Assembly (NCBI GenBank): GCA_023703655.1
Contig: CP097973.1
Location: 798,170 to 862,169, forward strand
Source: SAR86 cluster bacterium
GTDB taxonomy: Bacteria; Pseudomonadota; Gammaproteobacteria; Magnimaribacterales; D2472
DNA length: 64,000 nt
Reading direction: 5' to 3'
Positions 47,888 through 57,928 of the stretch are shown piece after piece. The notes beneath the pieces were generated by a model. That model was not told the DNA's origin, ran no database searches, and saw only the letters and a list, made by a program, of their open reading frames with translations. How positions within the stretch are numbered: position 1 is the stretch's first letter; the number at the start of each line of letters is the position of its first letter. Both the position numbers and the translations under genes were made by a program.

Positions 47888-48973
47888 ATGTTAGAAAATT
47901 TTACTACGATTGTCAGAGATGTTTTTCAGAGTGGGCTTTTTGGCATAGGTATTTATGAAGTATCAATAGCCATAATAATTCTTATTACTGGATTTCTTTT
48001 TAGAGGACTCGTTGAATCAAGAGTTATAAATTGGTTAAAGGTATTATCCTCAAAGACTAAGTCTGAAATAGATGATGTCTTACTTGAAGCCTTAAGAAGG
48101 CCTCTAGGATATATCCCTGTAGCTTTAGCTCTGTATTTAATTACAGTATTCCTTCCTTTAACAGGAGCAGCTGAATTAGTTGCAATAAATTTGGTTAAGA
48201 CAGTAGTAGCATTTACTATTTTTAGTGCTATGTCTCATTCAGTTGCACCAATTTTTGCGGCTGTATCTGCCACGTCTATTCTCACACCGTCAATGACTAC
48301 TTGGCTTGAAAGAGCTGCAAGATTATTGATTTGGATAGTTGGAATTGGGGTTATTCTTGATATTTTTGGCATACAAATAGGGCCATTGGTTGCAGGATTG
48401 GGACTGTTTTCTGTAGCAGTAGCTCTCGGAGCACAGGATCTATTCAAAAACTTAATATCAGGAATATTAATTATTGGTGAGAACCGATTTCAACCTGGCG
48501 ATAGGATTGAGGTTACTGGTGAGCTCCACGGTATTGTCGAAACTATTGGATTTAGATCTACAGTGATTAGATCTTTTGATACTGCACCAATGATAATTCC
48601 GAATAAAGATTTATCAGACGTAAAGGTTGTAAATCATGGGAAGATGCTCAACAGAAGAATTAATTGGAAAATAAATCTCACATACTCTACGACTGTTGAG
48701 CAACTTGAAAAAATAAGAACTGAGATAAAAGAATATATCCTTGCAAATAAAAACTTTGAAGTAAAAGGTGGATTGGATCCTGTGGTAAAAGTAATTGAGC
48801 TTGGTTCAAGCTCAATTGATATCTTAATTGTTGCATATGCGTCGCCATTAGGTTTCGCAGAATTTAATGAGCTTAAAGAGCAACTAGTCTTTAATATTAT
48901 GAAAATTGTTAAAGCAAATAATTCAGATTTCGCTTTTCCTTCAACCTCACTTTATGTAGAAAGCATGCCATAG
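47888..48973 (+). CDS. Mechanosensitive ion channel (MscS family)
   Basis: 361 aa with N-terminal TM helices. Pore helix and beta-domain motif GLGLFSVAVALGAQDLFKNLISGILII.ENRFQPGDRIEV. Confidence 0.9.
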   Translation: MLENFTTIVRDVFQSGLFGIGIYEVSIAIIILITGFLFRGLVESRVINWLKVLSSKTKSEIDDVLLEALRRPLGYIPVALALYLITVFLPLTGAAELVAINLVKTVVAFTIFSAMSHSVAPIFAAVSATSILTPSMTTWLERAARLLIWIVGIGVILDIFGIQIGPLVAGLGLFSVAVALGAQDLFKNLISGILIIGENRFQPGDRIEVTGELHGIVETIGFRSTVIRSFDTAPMIIPNKDLSDVKVVNHGKMLNRRINWKINLTYSTTVEQLEKIRTEIKEYILANKNFEVKGGLDPVVKVIELGSSSIDILIVAYASPLGFAEFNELKEQLVFNIMKIVKANNSDFAFPSTSLYVESMP

Positions 48974-48978
48974 CAATC

Positions 48979-50751
48979 GTGCCAATGAGTGATCAGTTAA
49001 TCTTATCAATAACTATAACAGCTCTACTTGGAATGTTTATATGGGGAAGGTTCAGATATGATGCTGTTTCAATTTTTGCGTTATTTGTTTTGATCGTTTT
49101 GGAGGTAATCCCAGCAAACGATGCGTTTAGTGGTTTTGCCCACCCTGCTGTTATCACTGTTGCATTGGTATTGGTAATAAGTCAAGGGCTATCTAATTCC
49201 GGGCTTGCTGGTTTAGTAGGAAAAATTATTGGCGGAAGAGAGTTTACCGAATTGCAATTTATGATGAGTTTATTATTTATTGCAGCGTTGCTATCTTCAT
49301 TCATAAATAATATCGGTGCGCTTGCAATATTACTTCCAATCACACTTAATATTTGTCAAAAAATGGAATGGCAGCCCTCTAAATACCTAATGCCGTTAGC
49401 TTTTGCTTGTATTCTAGGTGGAATGAATACTGCTATTGGCACTCCACCAAATATTATAATTTCTGAGTACAAAGCTACTATTACCGATAGTAATTTTATG
49501 TTTTTTGATTTTTCATATGTAGGATTTTTAATCACATTATTTGGAATTTTTTTTATCTCTATTATTGGCTACAAATTCATCAAAATTAGAGTAAATAAGG
49601 ATTTAGATAATCAACTGATCAATCTGAAAGGGTATCTATTTGAAGTAGAAGTCAATGAATCAAGCTCTCTGATTGGGACAACCTTATCTGGCTTTAAAAA
49701 AGAGGCTGGTGAGGATACTGATGTATTAGGTATAGTCAGTGAAACTGGGTCAATAAAAAAAGTTAAAAATAATTTAAGAATCAAAGCAGGACAAATTTTG
49801 GTTATTAAAACGCCACCGGATGATCTTGGAGATTTACTAAGTCGTTTTGATTTTTCTATACCAAAAGAACTTCATTCTTTTGAAGAAGAAGACCTTGATG
49901 AAATTGAAGCTATGATTACTCCAAGCTCTCGATTGATTGGACGTAAATATGACTTTTTCCAGAAACTCGCTTATGAGGAATTAAATCTATTGGGAATGTG
50001 GAGAAAGGGATCTCGATATAGAACGCGTCTCACACGAGAGACATTTAAAGCGGGAGATGTCCTTTTAATGGGCACCAGAGATTTAGATGAGGAGGATGTT
50101 ACTTATAAGATTCAACACTTGGGGCTTATGCCTCTCAGACAAAGAGAGCTACAAACAATTCCTAGCAGAAGTAGATTATCAAAAGGCATTTTCTTTTTTA
50201 TGCTTTCAATATTTTGTGTTGCAATAGGGTTATTAAATTCAGCTTCAGCATTTTTAATTTGTGTACTTAGTTTTGCAGGGATCAAGATCATTAATTCTGA
50301 TTTTTATAGAAATATTGATTGGCCTATTATTATAATGTTGGCTGCAATGATACCAATAGGTTCAGCAATCCAAAGCACTGGATTGAGCTCTCTTATCTCA
50401 GAACAAATATCTGTTTACGCAAACAGCTTAGATTTATTTTGGATCTTACTAATTATCTTAATTGTTACTATGCTGATTACAGACATTATAAATAATGCTG
50501 CAACAGCGGTGATTATGGCACCAATTTCTGTGGGTCTAGCAAATCAATTAGGCTATCCTATTGAACCGTTCTTGATGGTGGTCGCTGTGGGCGCATCTAG
50601 TGCATTTTTAACTCCAATTGGACATCAATGTAATACTGTCATTATGGGGCCTGGAAATTATAAATTTACTGACTATTGGAGATTGGGCTTGCCACTTGAT
50701 CTTCTTATTTTAGTCGTTTCTGTTCCGATGATACTATTTGTATGGACCTAG
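48979..50751 (+). CDS. SLC13/DASS-type anion permease with central tandem TrkA-C domains
   Basis: 590 aa: two membrane halves flanking about 200 aa of soluble TrkA-C-like sequence. GTG 48979 or ATG 48985 could be the start. Confidence 0.8.
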   Translation: MPMSDQLILSITITALLGMFIWGRFRYDAVSIFALFVLIVLEVIPANDAFSGFAHPAVITVALVLVISQGLSNSGLAGLVGKIIGGREFTELQFMMSLLFIAALLSSFINNIGALAILLPITLNICQKMEWQPSKYLMPLAFACILGGMNTAIGTPPNIIISEYKATITDSNFMFFDFSYVGFLITLFGIFFISIIGYKFIKIRVNKDLDNQLINLKGYLFEVEVNESSSLIGTTLSGFKKEAGEDTDVLGIVSETGSIKKVKNNLRIKAGQILVIKTPPDDLGDLLSRFDFSIPKELHSFEEEDLDEIEAMITPSSRLIGRKYDFFQKLAYEELNLLGMWRKGSRYRTRLTRETFKAGDVLLMGTRDLDEEDVTYKIQHLGLMPLRQRELQTIPSRSRLSKGIFFFMLSIFCVAIGLLNSASAFLICVLSFAGIKIINSDFYRNIDWPIIIMLAAMIPIGSAIQSTGLSSLISEQISVYANSLDLFWILLIILIVTMLITDIINNAATAVIMAPISVGLANQLGYPIEPFLMVVAVGASSAFLTPIGHQCNTVIMGPGNYKFTDYWRLGLPLDLLILVVSVPMILFVWT

Positions 50752-50756
50752 TGTGA

Positions 50757-50832
50757 TGGTAGACCCGAGCAGATTTGAACTGCTGACCTCTGCCATGTCA
50801 AGACAGCGCTCTAACCAACTGAGCTACGGGTC
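50757..50832 (-). tRNA. tRNA-Val (anticodon GAC)
   Basis: The reverse complement GACCCGTAGCTCAGTTGGTTAGAGCGCTGTCTTGACATGGCAGAGGTCAGCAGTTCAAATCTGCTCGGGTCTACCA folds as a cloverleaf. Anticodon loop is TTGACAT; CCA is encoded. Confidence 0.9.
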
Positions 50833-50873
50833 TAAAAGCGTTTTATTCTAAACTAGCAAACAATAAACGTAAA

Positions 50874-52262
50874 TTAAGCTGATCTTTCAATGATAAATTT
50901 TTTTGTAGCGTCAAGTATCTCCTTTTCTTGAGCATCTTCGGTTTTATTAAACTTTTCAATTTCCTCTAAAGCCTTCTCAGTTGATCCCCAAGGGCCAGCA
51001 GTATTTAATCTTTCATCTAAAAAGTCATTGTATCTTTGCATCATATCTATTGGAGCTCTGTCAGGATATAACTGACAAATTAATCTTTCAGCAAGAATTT
51101 TAAATCTTTCATCATTTAGGTTCATTGCTATCTTTATTTTGTAATCAATATCATCGATTCGATGAAAATCTTTTATAAGTTCCGCATCATCATTTTCTGG
51201 AAAACCACTATAGATTTTTTGCTCAACATACTCCGGTTCTGGAAAGTTAAATATTCTATCTTGCATAGCTTGACTTACCTTTTCAAAAAATTCTTGATTT
51301 TCCTTAACAAGCTTTGCTCTTTGTAGCAAAAGTTGTGGGTCAACATCAAAAATATTTTTGTCCTCAATCATTTCAAATGGACATATTGGAATGCTTTTAT
51401 TAATTTTATATTTTTTAAGTGGTTCGTTTTTGCCACTGGTTTTGAGCATTTTAAGAATTTCAGAATATTCTAGATCAAATATTTCATCAGGATCATAGCT
51501 TAGATCAAAAAAAACAATTTCATTTGGTCTTGACGCATCAGTACCGCAACAGACAACAGGATATCTAAAAATTTCTCTTTTAAAGTACTCGCCCAAACAC
51601 AAAAATGTTTTGCAATTAATTGCCTGTTTTAATCCTATTTTAGTTGCTGTTTTAAGGATATAAGTTACCCACTCCGGATACTTACTATTAATTTTTTCTA
51701 TGAGAGATATCATGAAATGACAATCTGCTATAGCATCATGTGCATTTTCAGTTTGTACGCCATTTCCTTTTGCAAAATCTTCTAATTTCATGCTAATAGA
51801 TGGTCCACCTTCAAAAAGTGGAATATTTAAAGCATCTGGAAAAAAGGCAACTAGGTTCTGGAACATAATAAAAAGGTCTAATCTGCCATTATCATTCGTA
51901 TTGGTAAGATAGATATCTAACAAATTCCAATAAAATTGCCTTCTGATAAGCTCTTCATCAAAGGCATGTCCATTATAAGTAATGAATATGCCTGGTTGCT
52001 CAAGAGTCCACTCCCTCCATTTATAATGAATATCACACATCATTTTAAAATGAGATGTATTAGATTTGAGCAAATTAGTTTTCTTATTTGTAAGCATGGC
52101 GCCTGCTTTTGGAATAATCCAAGGTAATGGGCCACATGAAACATCTTGTTGGTCTATAGGAGTGAACAATTCATTGGTGAGAATTGATCCACACTGTATT
52201 ATTTGTGCAAAATTAATTAATTTGTCAGTAGTTTCAGTATCATAAAAAATGATACTGGTCAT
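50874..52262 (-). CDS. sbcB: Exodeoxyribonuclease I (SbcB-like DEDDh 3'-5' exonuclease)
   Basis: 462 aa. Exo motifs IIFYDTETT, YNGHAFDEELIR and NAHDAIAD. The C-terminal half is collinear with E. coli ExoI (YSGFPENDDAELI). Confidence 0.82.
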   Translation of the reverse strand: MTSIIFYDTETTDKLINFAQIIQCGSILTNELFTPIDQQDVSCGPLPWIIPKAGAMLTNKKTNLLKSNTSHFKMMCDIHYKWREWTLEQPGIFITYNGHAFDEELIRRQFYWNLLDIYLTNTNDNGRLDLFIMFQNLVAFFPDALNIPLFEGGPSISMKLEDFAKGNGVQTENAHDAIADCHFMISLIEKINSKYPEWVTYILKTATKIGLKQAINCKTFLCLGEYFKREIFRYPVVCCGTDASRPNEIVFFDLSYDPDEIFDLEYSEILKMLKTSGKNEPLKKYKINKSIPICPFEMIEDKNIFDVDPQLLLQRAKLVKENQEFFEKVSQAMQDRIFNFPEPEYVEQKIYSGFPENDDAELIKDFHRIDDIDYKIKIAMNLNDERFKILAERLICQLYPDRAPIDMMQRYNDFLDERLNTAGPWGSTEKALEEIEKFNKTEDAQEKEILDATKKFIIERSA

Positions 52263-52288
52263 TTAATTCTTAATGGTAATCTGATCAA

Positions 52289-53509
52289 TTACTCATCCTT
52301 GCTGAAATACTTACCTAATTCAAATCTTGCAACAGCTCTTCTGTGAACCTCATCAGGACCATCAGCAAGTCGAAGTGTCCTCATTCCGGCATAAAAACGT
52401 GCCAAAGGAAAAACTTGTGATACTCCAGCTCCGCCATGAATCTGAATTGCTCTGTCAATAATGTCACAAACAATGTTTGGAACAGCTACTTTAATTTGAG
52501 CTATTTCACTAGCAGCAACTTTATTGCCAACTGTATCCATCATATGTGCTGCTTGAAGAGTTAAAAGTCTAGCCATGTTCAACTCAATTCGTGAATTGGC
52601 AATTATGTCAAAGTTACCTCCGAGTTGTGCTATTGGTTTACCGAATGCCTCTCTTGATAAGCCTCTCTTACACATCATTTCAAGTGTTCTCTCTCCAAGT
52701 CCAATTGCCCTCATACAATGATGAATTCGTCCAGGTCCAAGTCTACCCTGAGCAATTTCAAAACCTCTACCCTCTCCTAAAATCATATTTTCTTTTGGTA
52801 CTTTCACATTTTCAAACTTTAAGTGAGCATGCCCATGTGGTGCATCATCCCATCCAAAAACCTCCATCATTTTCCTTGTTTCTATGCCTTTTGTATCTCT
52901 TGGAACTAAAATCATTGAATGCCTTTTGTGTCTGGGCGATTCAGGATCCTGATCAGTAACGCACATAAAAATTATTATTTTGCATCGTGGATCACCAGCG
53001 CCGGAAGTCCACCACTTTTCCCCATTAATAATATATTCATCGCCATCAAGTACTGCGGTTGCTTCCATATTAGTTGCGTCAGATGATGCAACTCCAGGCT
53101 CTGTCATCCCAAATGCAGACCTTATTTCTCCATTTAGCAAGGGTGTTAACCATTCATCTTTTTGAGGCTCAGTCCCATAACGAACAAGCACTTCCATGTT
53201 TCCAGTGTCTGGAGCACTGCAATTAAAAACTTCTGAGGCAATACCTACTCTTCCCATTTCTTCTGCAAAAAAAGCATATTCAAAATTTGTTAGGCCAGCA
53301 CCTAAATCACTCTCTGGCAAAAAAAGATTCCACAAACCTTGTTTCTTTGCCTTTGCTTTCATATCTTCCATTATTGGGGGTACACACCATCTGCCACCAG
53401 CCTCTGTTTGCTCATAATAAGTGGTCTCATTAGGAAGTATTTCCTTGTTAATAAATTCCTTGACCTTTTCAAGTAGCTCAGCAGTTTCTGATTTAAGTTC
53501 GAATTTCAT
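52289..53509 (-). CDS. Acyl-CoA dehydrogenase
   Basis: 406 aa. Motifs [24 protein letters not shown] and IHGGAGV, with a C-terminal catalytic region. Confidence 0.92.
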   Translation of the reverse strand: MKFELKSETAELLEKVKEFINKEILPNETTYYEQTEAGGRWCVPPIMEDMKAKAKKQGLWNLFLPESDLGAGLTNFEYAFFAEEMGRVGIASEVFNCSAPDTGNMEVLVRYGTEPQKDEWLTPLLNGEIRSAFGMTEPGVASSDATNMEATAVLDGDEYIINGEKWWTSGAGDPRCKIIIFMCVTDQDPESPRHKRHSMILVPRDTKGIETRKMMEVFGWDDAPHGHAHLKFENVKVPKENMILGEGRGFEIAQGRLGPGRIHHCMRAIGLGERTLEMMCKRGLSREAFGKPIAQLGGNFDIIANSRIELNMARLLTLQAAHMMDTVGNKVAASEIAQIKVAVPNIVCDIIDRAIQIHGGAGVSQVFPLARFYAGMRTLRLADGPDEVHRRAVARFELGKYFSKDE

Positions 53510-53692
53510 TTTTTGCCCCTAACGTAACAATATAATATCACTCAGAACTGAATTAAAAAGTAATAAGAGCAGATTATATTGATAAATTTTTGTATCTTGA
53601 GGTGGTCTTTATTTATAACCAACAAACTGTTATATTTAACTATAAGTTTCATGAATAATACTCTCACTTTTAATAAAATTACTATCTAACAA

Positions 53693-54598
53693 ATGAAAAT
53701 AAGCTCATTCGATCTCAATCTATTTGTTATTATGAATGCTATCTATACTGAGGGCAGCTTAACCAAGGCTGCAGAAGTTGTTGGTATTACTCAACCTGCT
53801 GTTTCCAATGCTTTATCCAGACTAAGAGAAAAATTTAATGATGATCTTTTTGTAAGAACAGGTAGCGGGATGGTACCCACACATAAAACTGAAAATATAA
53901 TTAATGATATTCAAAATGCGTTAAGCTTAATGCAAAAAAGTGTTAATGAGCCTGATGAGTTTGATCCACTCACAAGTGAGCGCACTTTTAGGATCTCTTT
54001 AGGCGATATATCTGAAGGAAGAATATTGCCCCACATCCTCGAAAAAATTAATGCAACGGCTCCCAAAATTACAATAGAGAGCTTTTATACGGATAGACAT
54101 GAAATAGTCCATTCACTTGCAACCAACGAACTGAACTTTGCGATAGATCCAATTATTCCAAGATCAAAGGACGTAGTATCTCAAAAAGTTTTTGAAGATA
54201 AATTTATATGCGCACATAGAGCCAATCATCCCATCACAAAGATCAAAAATTTTGATATGAATGCTCTCTTAGAACAAAAATTTATCAACATCTCAAACAG
54301 AAAACGTGGTCCATCTATAATTGACGTAGAACTACAAAAATTTCAACTAAAAAGAGATGTAGCATTAAGAGCTCAACATTTCTTAGTTACTCCTGAAATA
54401 GTTCGTTCAACTGATCTGGTCTTAGTTTGTTCACAAAGTTTTGCTAAAAAACATGGTTTACATTTTGCAGAATTACCTATTGAGCTTCCTCCAGTTGAGC
54501 AATATCTTATTTGGCATTCAAGTGATGATAATGATGGATCACATATCTGGATGAGAGAAACAATTACTGAAGCTTTTCAAGCAGCTAAAAAGAGTTAG
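53693..54598 (+). CDS. LysR-family transcriptional regulator
   Basis: 301 aa. wHTH motif SLTKAAEVVGITQPAVSNALSRLRE plus a LysR substrate-binding domain. Divergent from the acyl-CoA dehydrogenase gene. Confidence 0.92.
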   Translation: MKISSFDLNLFVIMNAIYTEGSLTKAAEVVGITQPAVSNALSRLREKFNDDLFVRTGSGMVPTHKTENIINDIQNALSLMQKSVNEPDEFDPLTSERTFRISLGDISEGRILPHILEKINATAPKITIESFYTDRHEIVHSLATNELNFAIDPIIPRSKDVVSQKVFEDKFICAHRANHPITKIKNFDMNALLEQKFINISNRKRGPSIIDVELQKFQLKRDVALRAQHFLVTPEIVRSTDLVLVCSQSFAKKHGLHFAELPIELPPVEQYLIWHSSDDNDGSHIWMRETITEAFQAAKKS

Positions 54599-55215
54599 CT
54601 TTTTTTTGCAACACCGTAATAGTGAAAAGAAGCAATCTTTGGTCCTTTGATATATTTCTTTTTAAGTTCTTCAAAACTAAACCCGGCATTCCTAATCAGA
54701 TCTTCTGTATTTCGATTTAAATTGCATCCACCAGCAATCTTTTTCCAGTAAGGTGCTATTCTATGTTGCCATTTTTGAATACTTTCTTCGGGAGAAAGTC
54801 CATGCTCAACAAAATAAAGCCTGCCATCATCTTTTAGCACTCTGCTAATCTCAGATAAAGCTCTTTCTACATCAGGTATAGTACAAAGACTATAACCAAC
54901 TACAACACTGTCAAATGCAGAATCATTAAATGACATTGATTCTGCTGAACCTACAATAAACTCAACAGGAAAAGGTAAAGACAACATATTTATTTTTTGT
55001 TTCGCGATCTTAATTGAAGGTTCTGCAGGATCAATGCCCACTACTGATTCAACATTAGAATGATTATAGTGTTCTAGATTCAATCCAGATCCAATGCCGA
55101 CCTCAAGAATTTTGCCCTTTGCTTTTGGAAATATTTGTTGTCTTTTTTTGCTGAATCCATCCAGCGAGCACATGAGATCAAGCAATTTTGGGAGAATGTA
55201 TTTAGAATAAATCAT
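54595..55215 (-). CDS. Class I SAM-dependent methyltransferase
   Basis: 206 aa. Motif I ILEVGIGSGLN and post-I/II motifs (Methyltransf_11-like). Confidence 0.85.
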   Translation of the reverse strand: MIYSKYILPKLLDLMCSLDGFSKKRQQIFPKAKGKILEVGIGSGLNLEHYNHSNVESVVGIDPAEPSIKIAKQKINMLSLPFPVEFIVGSAESMSFNDSAFDSVVVGYSLCTIPDVERALSEISRVLKDDGRLYFVEHGLSPEESIQKWQHRIAPYWKKIAGGCNLNRNTEDLIRNAGFSFEELKKKYIKGPKIASFHYYGVAKKS

Positions 55216-56018
55216 TGTTGCCCACTTAAATCATGACCTGATCTAGAGACTAAGCCGCCATCACATGTGATGGTTTCTCCAACAGTGTAAGATCCTGCCC
55301 TTGAACACAAAAAGATTGCCAATCCAGCAATATCCTCTGGAGTACCGACTCTTTTTCTTGGATTCACCGAAGCTATACCTGAATAATCGAATGCAACTGC
55401 AGGTCCAAGCATATTGCTTGGAAATGGACCAGGAGCTATTGCATTTACTAGTATATCTTCTTTGACTAATCTGGCTGATAAAACTCTAGTTAAGTGGTGC
55501 ACCGCTGCCTTGGACGCTCCATATGGATAAGATTCGAATACAGGCGTGCTTATACCATCAATGGATCCTATATTTATCACTCTTGATGGGTCATCATTTG
55601 TCGCATTTTTTCGCAATAATGGAAGTAACTGCTGGGTGATAAAAAAAGTACTTTTTACGTTTAAATCCATCACCTTATCCCATCCTTTTTCTGAAAAGGT
55701 ATCGATTGGTTCAGCCCAAGCAGCACCGGCATTGTTAATCAAAATATCAATATGTGTCTCATGTTGTTTGATTTCATCACAAAATTTATCAACTCCTTCT
55801 TTTGTTGACAGGTCTGCTGCAATTGGAATGCATTCTTGATCGTAATGTTTAGATAGCTCTTTGGCTTTTGTTTTAAGTGCATCAAATTTTCTTGCTGTGA
55901 TATAGACTTTTACTCCATTTGCTAAAAATCCAGCTGTAATCATTTCACCAATACCCCTTGAGCCACCAGTAACGACAGCAATCTTCCCTTCAACTTTAAA
56001 TAATTCTTGTAAGTTCAT
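55212..56018 (-). CDS. Short-chain dehydrogenase/reductase (SDR)
   Basis: 268 aa. Motifs VTGGSRGIG, NNAG and YGASKAA. Confidence 0.92.
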   Translation of the reverse strand: MNLQELFKVEGKIAVVTGGSRGIGEMITAGFLANGVKVYITARKFDALKTKAKELSKHYDQECIPIAADLSTKEGVDKFCDEIKQHETHIDILINNAGAAWAEPIDTFSEKGWDKVMDLNVKSTFFITQQLLPLLRKNATNDDPSRVINIGSIDGISTPVFESYPYGASKAAVHHLTRVLSARLVKEDILVNAIAPGPFPSNMLGPAVAFDYSGIASVNPRKRVGTPEDIAGLAIFLCSRAGSYTVGETITCDGGLVSRSGHDLSGQQ

Positions 56019-56082
56019 TTGTTTACCATTGTTTTAATTGAATCTAATACTAATTGTTTCATTTTACAATTAAAATGCTTAT

Positions 56083-57027
56083 ATGCTTCTGTTTCAAAAT
56101 TTTTTTCTTGCTATCGTTGGTATAGCTCTTTTAATTTGGGGTGCAGAAAAATTTGTCTTCTATTCATCCAACCTAGCTAAGAGGTTTGGTATAAGTGATT
56201 TGCTCATTGGTCTTACATTAATTGCATTTGGTACATCTGCTCCAGAAATATTCATTGGTATTTCAAGCATATTTAATGATGCTGGTGAGATACCTATAGG
56301 TACAATCATAGGCTCAAATATTTCAAATATTGCACTAATCTTCGGTATTTCTTGTTTTTTTATTCATAAAAAATTTGAGGTTGCTACTTCAAATATAATA
56401 ATCTTGATTCTGGTAACGGTATTTACTGGAATCACGCTTTTTGACGGTGAAATATCTTACTTGGAAAGTTTTGGTCTTGTAATTTTATTTATTGCATTTA
56501 TTTTAGTTCTATTTTCTAGCGAGAATTCTTACGTAAACGATAATAAATCATCTGAAGAATCACTAATTAAGATTAGTTTACTTTTATTTGTTGGCTTACT
56601 AGCTTTATCGATTGGAGCTCAGCTAGCTGTAACTTATTCTGAAAAAACAGCTATTATTTTAGGTGTCCCAGACTTAATAATAGGTCTTACATTGCTGGCA
56701 TTAGGTACAAGCCTGCCTGAATTAGCCACCAGCATTTCCGCACTTAAAAATAAACAAAATGGTATTGTGATAGGTAATATTATTGGATCAAATATCCTCA
56801 ATCTAGTTTTAATTACCCCAATGATTGGATTTTTTTCGTATGTGAAACTTGGAAGAGAAGTAATCTATAGAGACTTCCTAACAATGCTAACACTAACTAT
56901 ATTTTTTGTAATAGTGCTTGTTTTCCTAAGAAAATATGACTTGAATCTGAAATTTAGTTACTTTTTAGGCGTTGGGTTCGTTTTCAGTTACTTGGCTTAT
57001 ATCTCTCTTTTGGTCGGATTCATTTAA
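56083..57027 (+). CDS. Ca2+/cation antiporter (CaCA, YrbG-like)
   Basis: 314 aa. Two alpha-repeat motifs (GTSAPEIFIG... and GTSLPELATS...GNIIGSNI). Confidence 0.88.
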   Translation: MLLFQNFFLAIVGIALLIWGAEKFVFYSSNLAKRFGISDLLIGLTLIAFGTSAPEIFIGISSIFNDAGEIPIGTIIGSNISNIALIFGISCFFIHKKFEVATSNIIILILVTVFTGITLFDGEISYLESFGLVILFIAFILVLFSSENSYVNDNKSSEESLIKISLLLFVGLLALSIGAQLAVTYSEKTAIILGVPDLIIGLTLLALGTSLPELATSISALKNKQNGIVIGNIIGSNILNLVLITPMIGFFSYVKLGREVIYRDFLTMLTLTIFFVIVLVFLRKYDLNLKFSYFLGVGFVFSYLAYISLLVGFI

Positions 57028-57429
57028 TCTAAGATATATTAAAAAAATTATACAAATAAAAAAAGTGACTACTTCAAAGATAAAGAAGGCATTTAGAAAA
57101 CCAGGAGCTGTTGGTATCAAAGATAATAAATATCTACCAAAAGCAATTGCAAATGTTAAAAATGCTAATAAAGACAAAACTTTTTTAGCAACATACTTAC
57201 TGAATATTCCTACCAAACAAAGAAGTCCAACTAATACATTAATACCACCATACACACCTGCTACTTCTGAATAGCCAATTGGTGCGGTAACACTTAAACC
57301 CACTGCGACCATAAAAGAGGGAAAACTTTCACTTAAGATGTCTCTAACAGGATCAATGATCGCCCAAGCACCAAGTAAAAAGTAAATTAAAAAGTATAAA
57401 AAAAGAAAAATTCTAATTGTCCAGATCAT
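56965..57429 (-). CDS. Small polytopic membrane protein (DUF4345-like)
   Basis: 154 aa with 4 TM helices and motif SEVAGVYGG. Its 3' end overlaps the convergent antiporter gene by 63 nt. Confidence 0.5.
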   Translation of the reverse strand: MIWTIRIFLFLYFLIYFLLGAWAIIDPVRDILSESFPSFMVAVGLSVTAPIGYSEVAGVYGGINVLVGLLCLVGIFSKYVAKKVLSLLAFLTFAIAFGRYLLSLIPTAPGFLNAFFIFEVVTFFICIIFLIYLRLNESDQKRDISQVTENEPNA

Positions 57430-57431
57430 AA

Positions 57432-57827
57432 TTAGAAAATTTCGTTTTTTCTCTTGTTATGTGCTCTTCTAACTAAAAGAGTGGTAAATAAACTTATAAT
57501 GAAAATTACTAGATAGGTTATTGTAAAGTCTATGGTAAAAAATCCTATAGACATACAAAGTGTCCAACTGGTAAAAATTACATACACTGGCCAAATTGGT
57601 GAAGTGGGATTTCTGCCTGATAAATACCTGTACAAAAAATATATAATAGTTACAAAGATCGCTGGAATCACTGTTCTTTCTCTAAAAGTGACTACATACT
57701 CTTCTGTAATTCCAGTTGGAAGAAAAAAAGGGTACTTAAACCATTCATAAAAAAAGAGAATTCCTACAGATTGTGCCGCAAAAAAGACGAGCAGTACGTA
57801 TAAAAATATAGTTGTAAACCTATCCAT
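57432..57827 (-). CDS. Hypothetical polytopic membrane protein
   Basis: 131-aa ORF with 4 hydrophobic helices, 2 nt upstream of the DUF4345-like gene. No motif recognised. Confidence 0.45.
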   Translation of the reverse strand: MDRFTTIFLYVLLVFFAAQSVGILFFYEWFKYPFFLPTGITEEYVVTFRERTVIPAIFVTIIYFLYRYLSGRNPTSPIWPVYVIFTSWTLCMSIGFFTIDFTITYLVIFIISLFTTLLVRRAHNKRKNEIF

Positions 57828-57885
57828 TATTCCCCTAAAAAAGAAGGAAATAATAAAACATTTTTAAGAAATTTTAAAATGTAAT

Positions 57886-57913
57886 AAAAAAAGCCCTCAA
57901 AAGAGGGCTTTTT
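57886..57913 (-). terminator. Rho-independent terminator of the 779-aa TonB-dependent receptor (symmetric A/T flanks)
   Basis: Stem aaagccctc/gagggcttt with loop aaaa (57890-57911), flanked by A7 on one side and T5 on the other. Confidence 0.8.
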
Positions 57914-57928
57914 CTAGACAATTCTATA

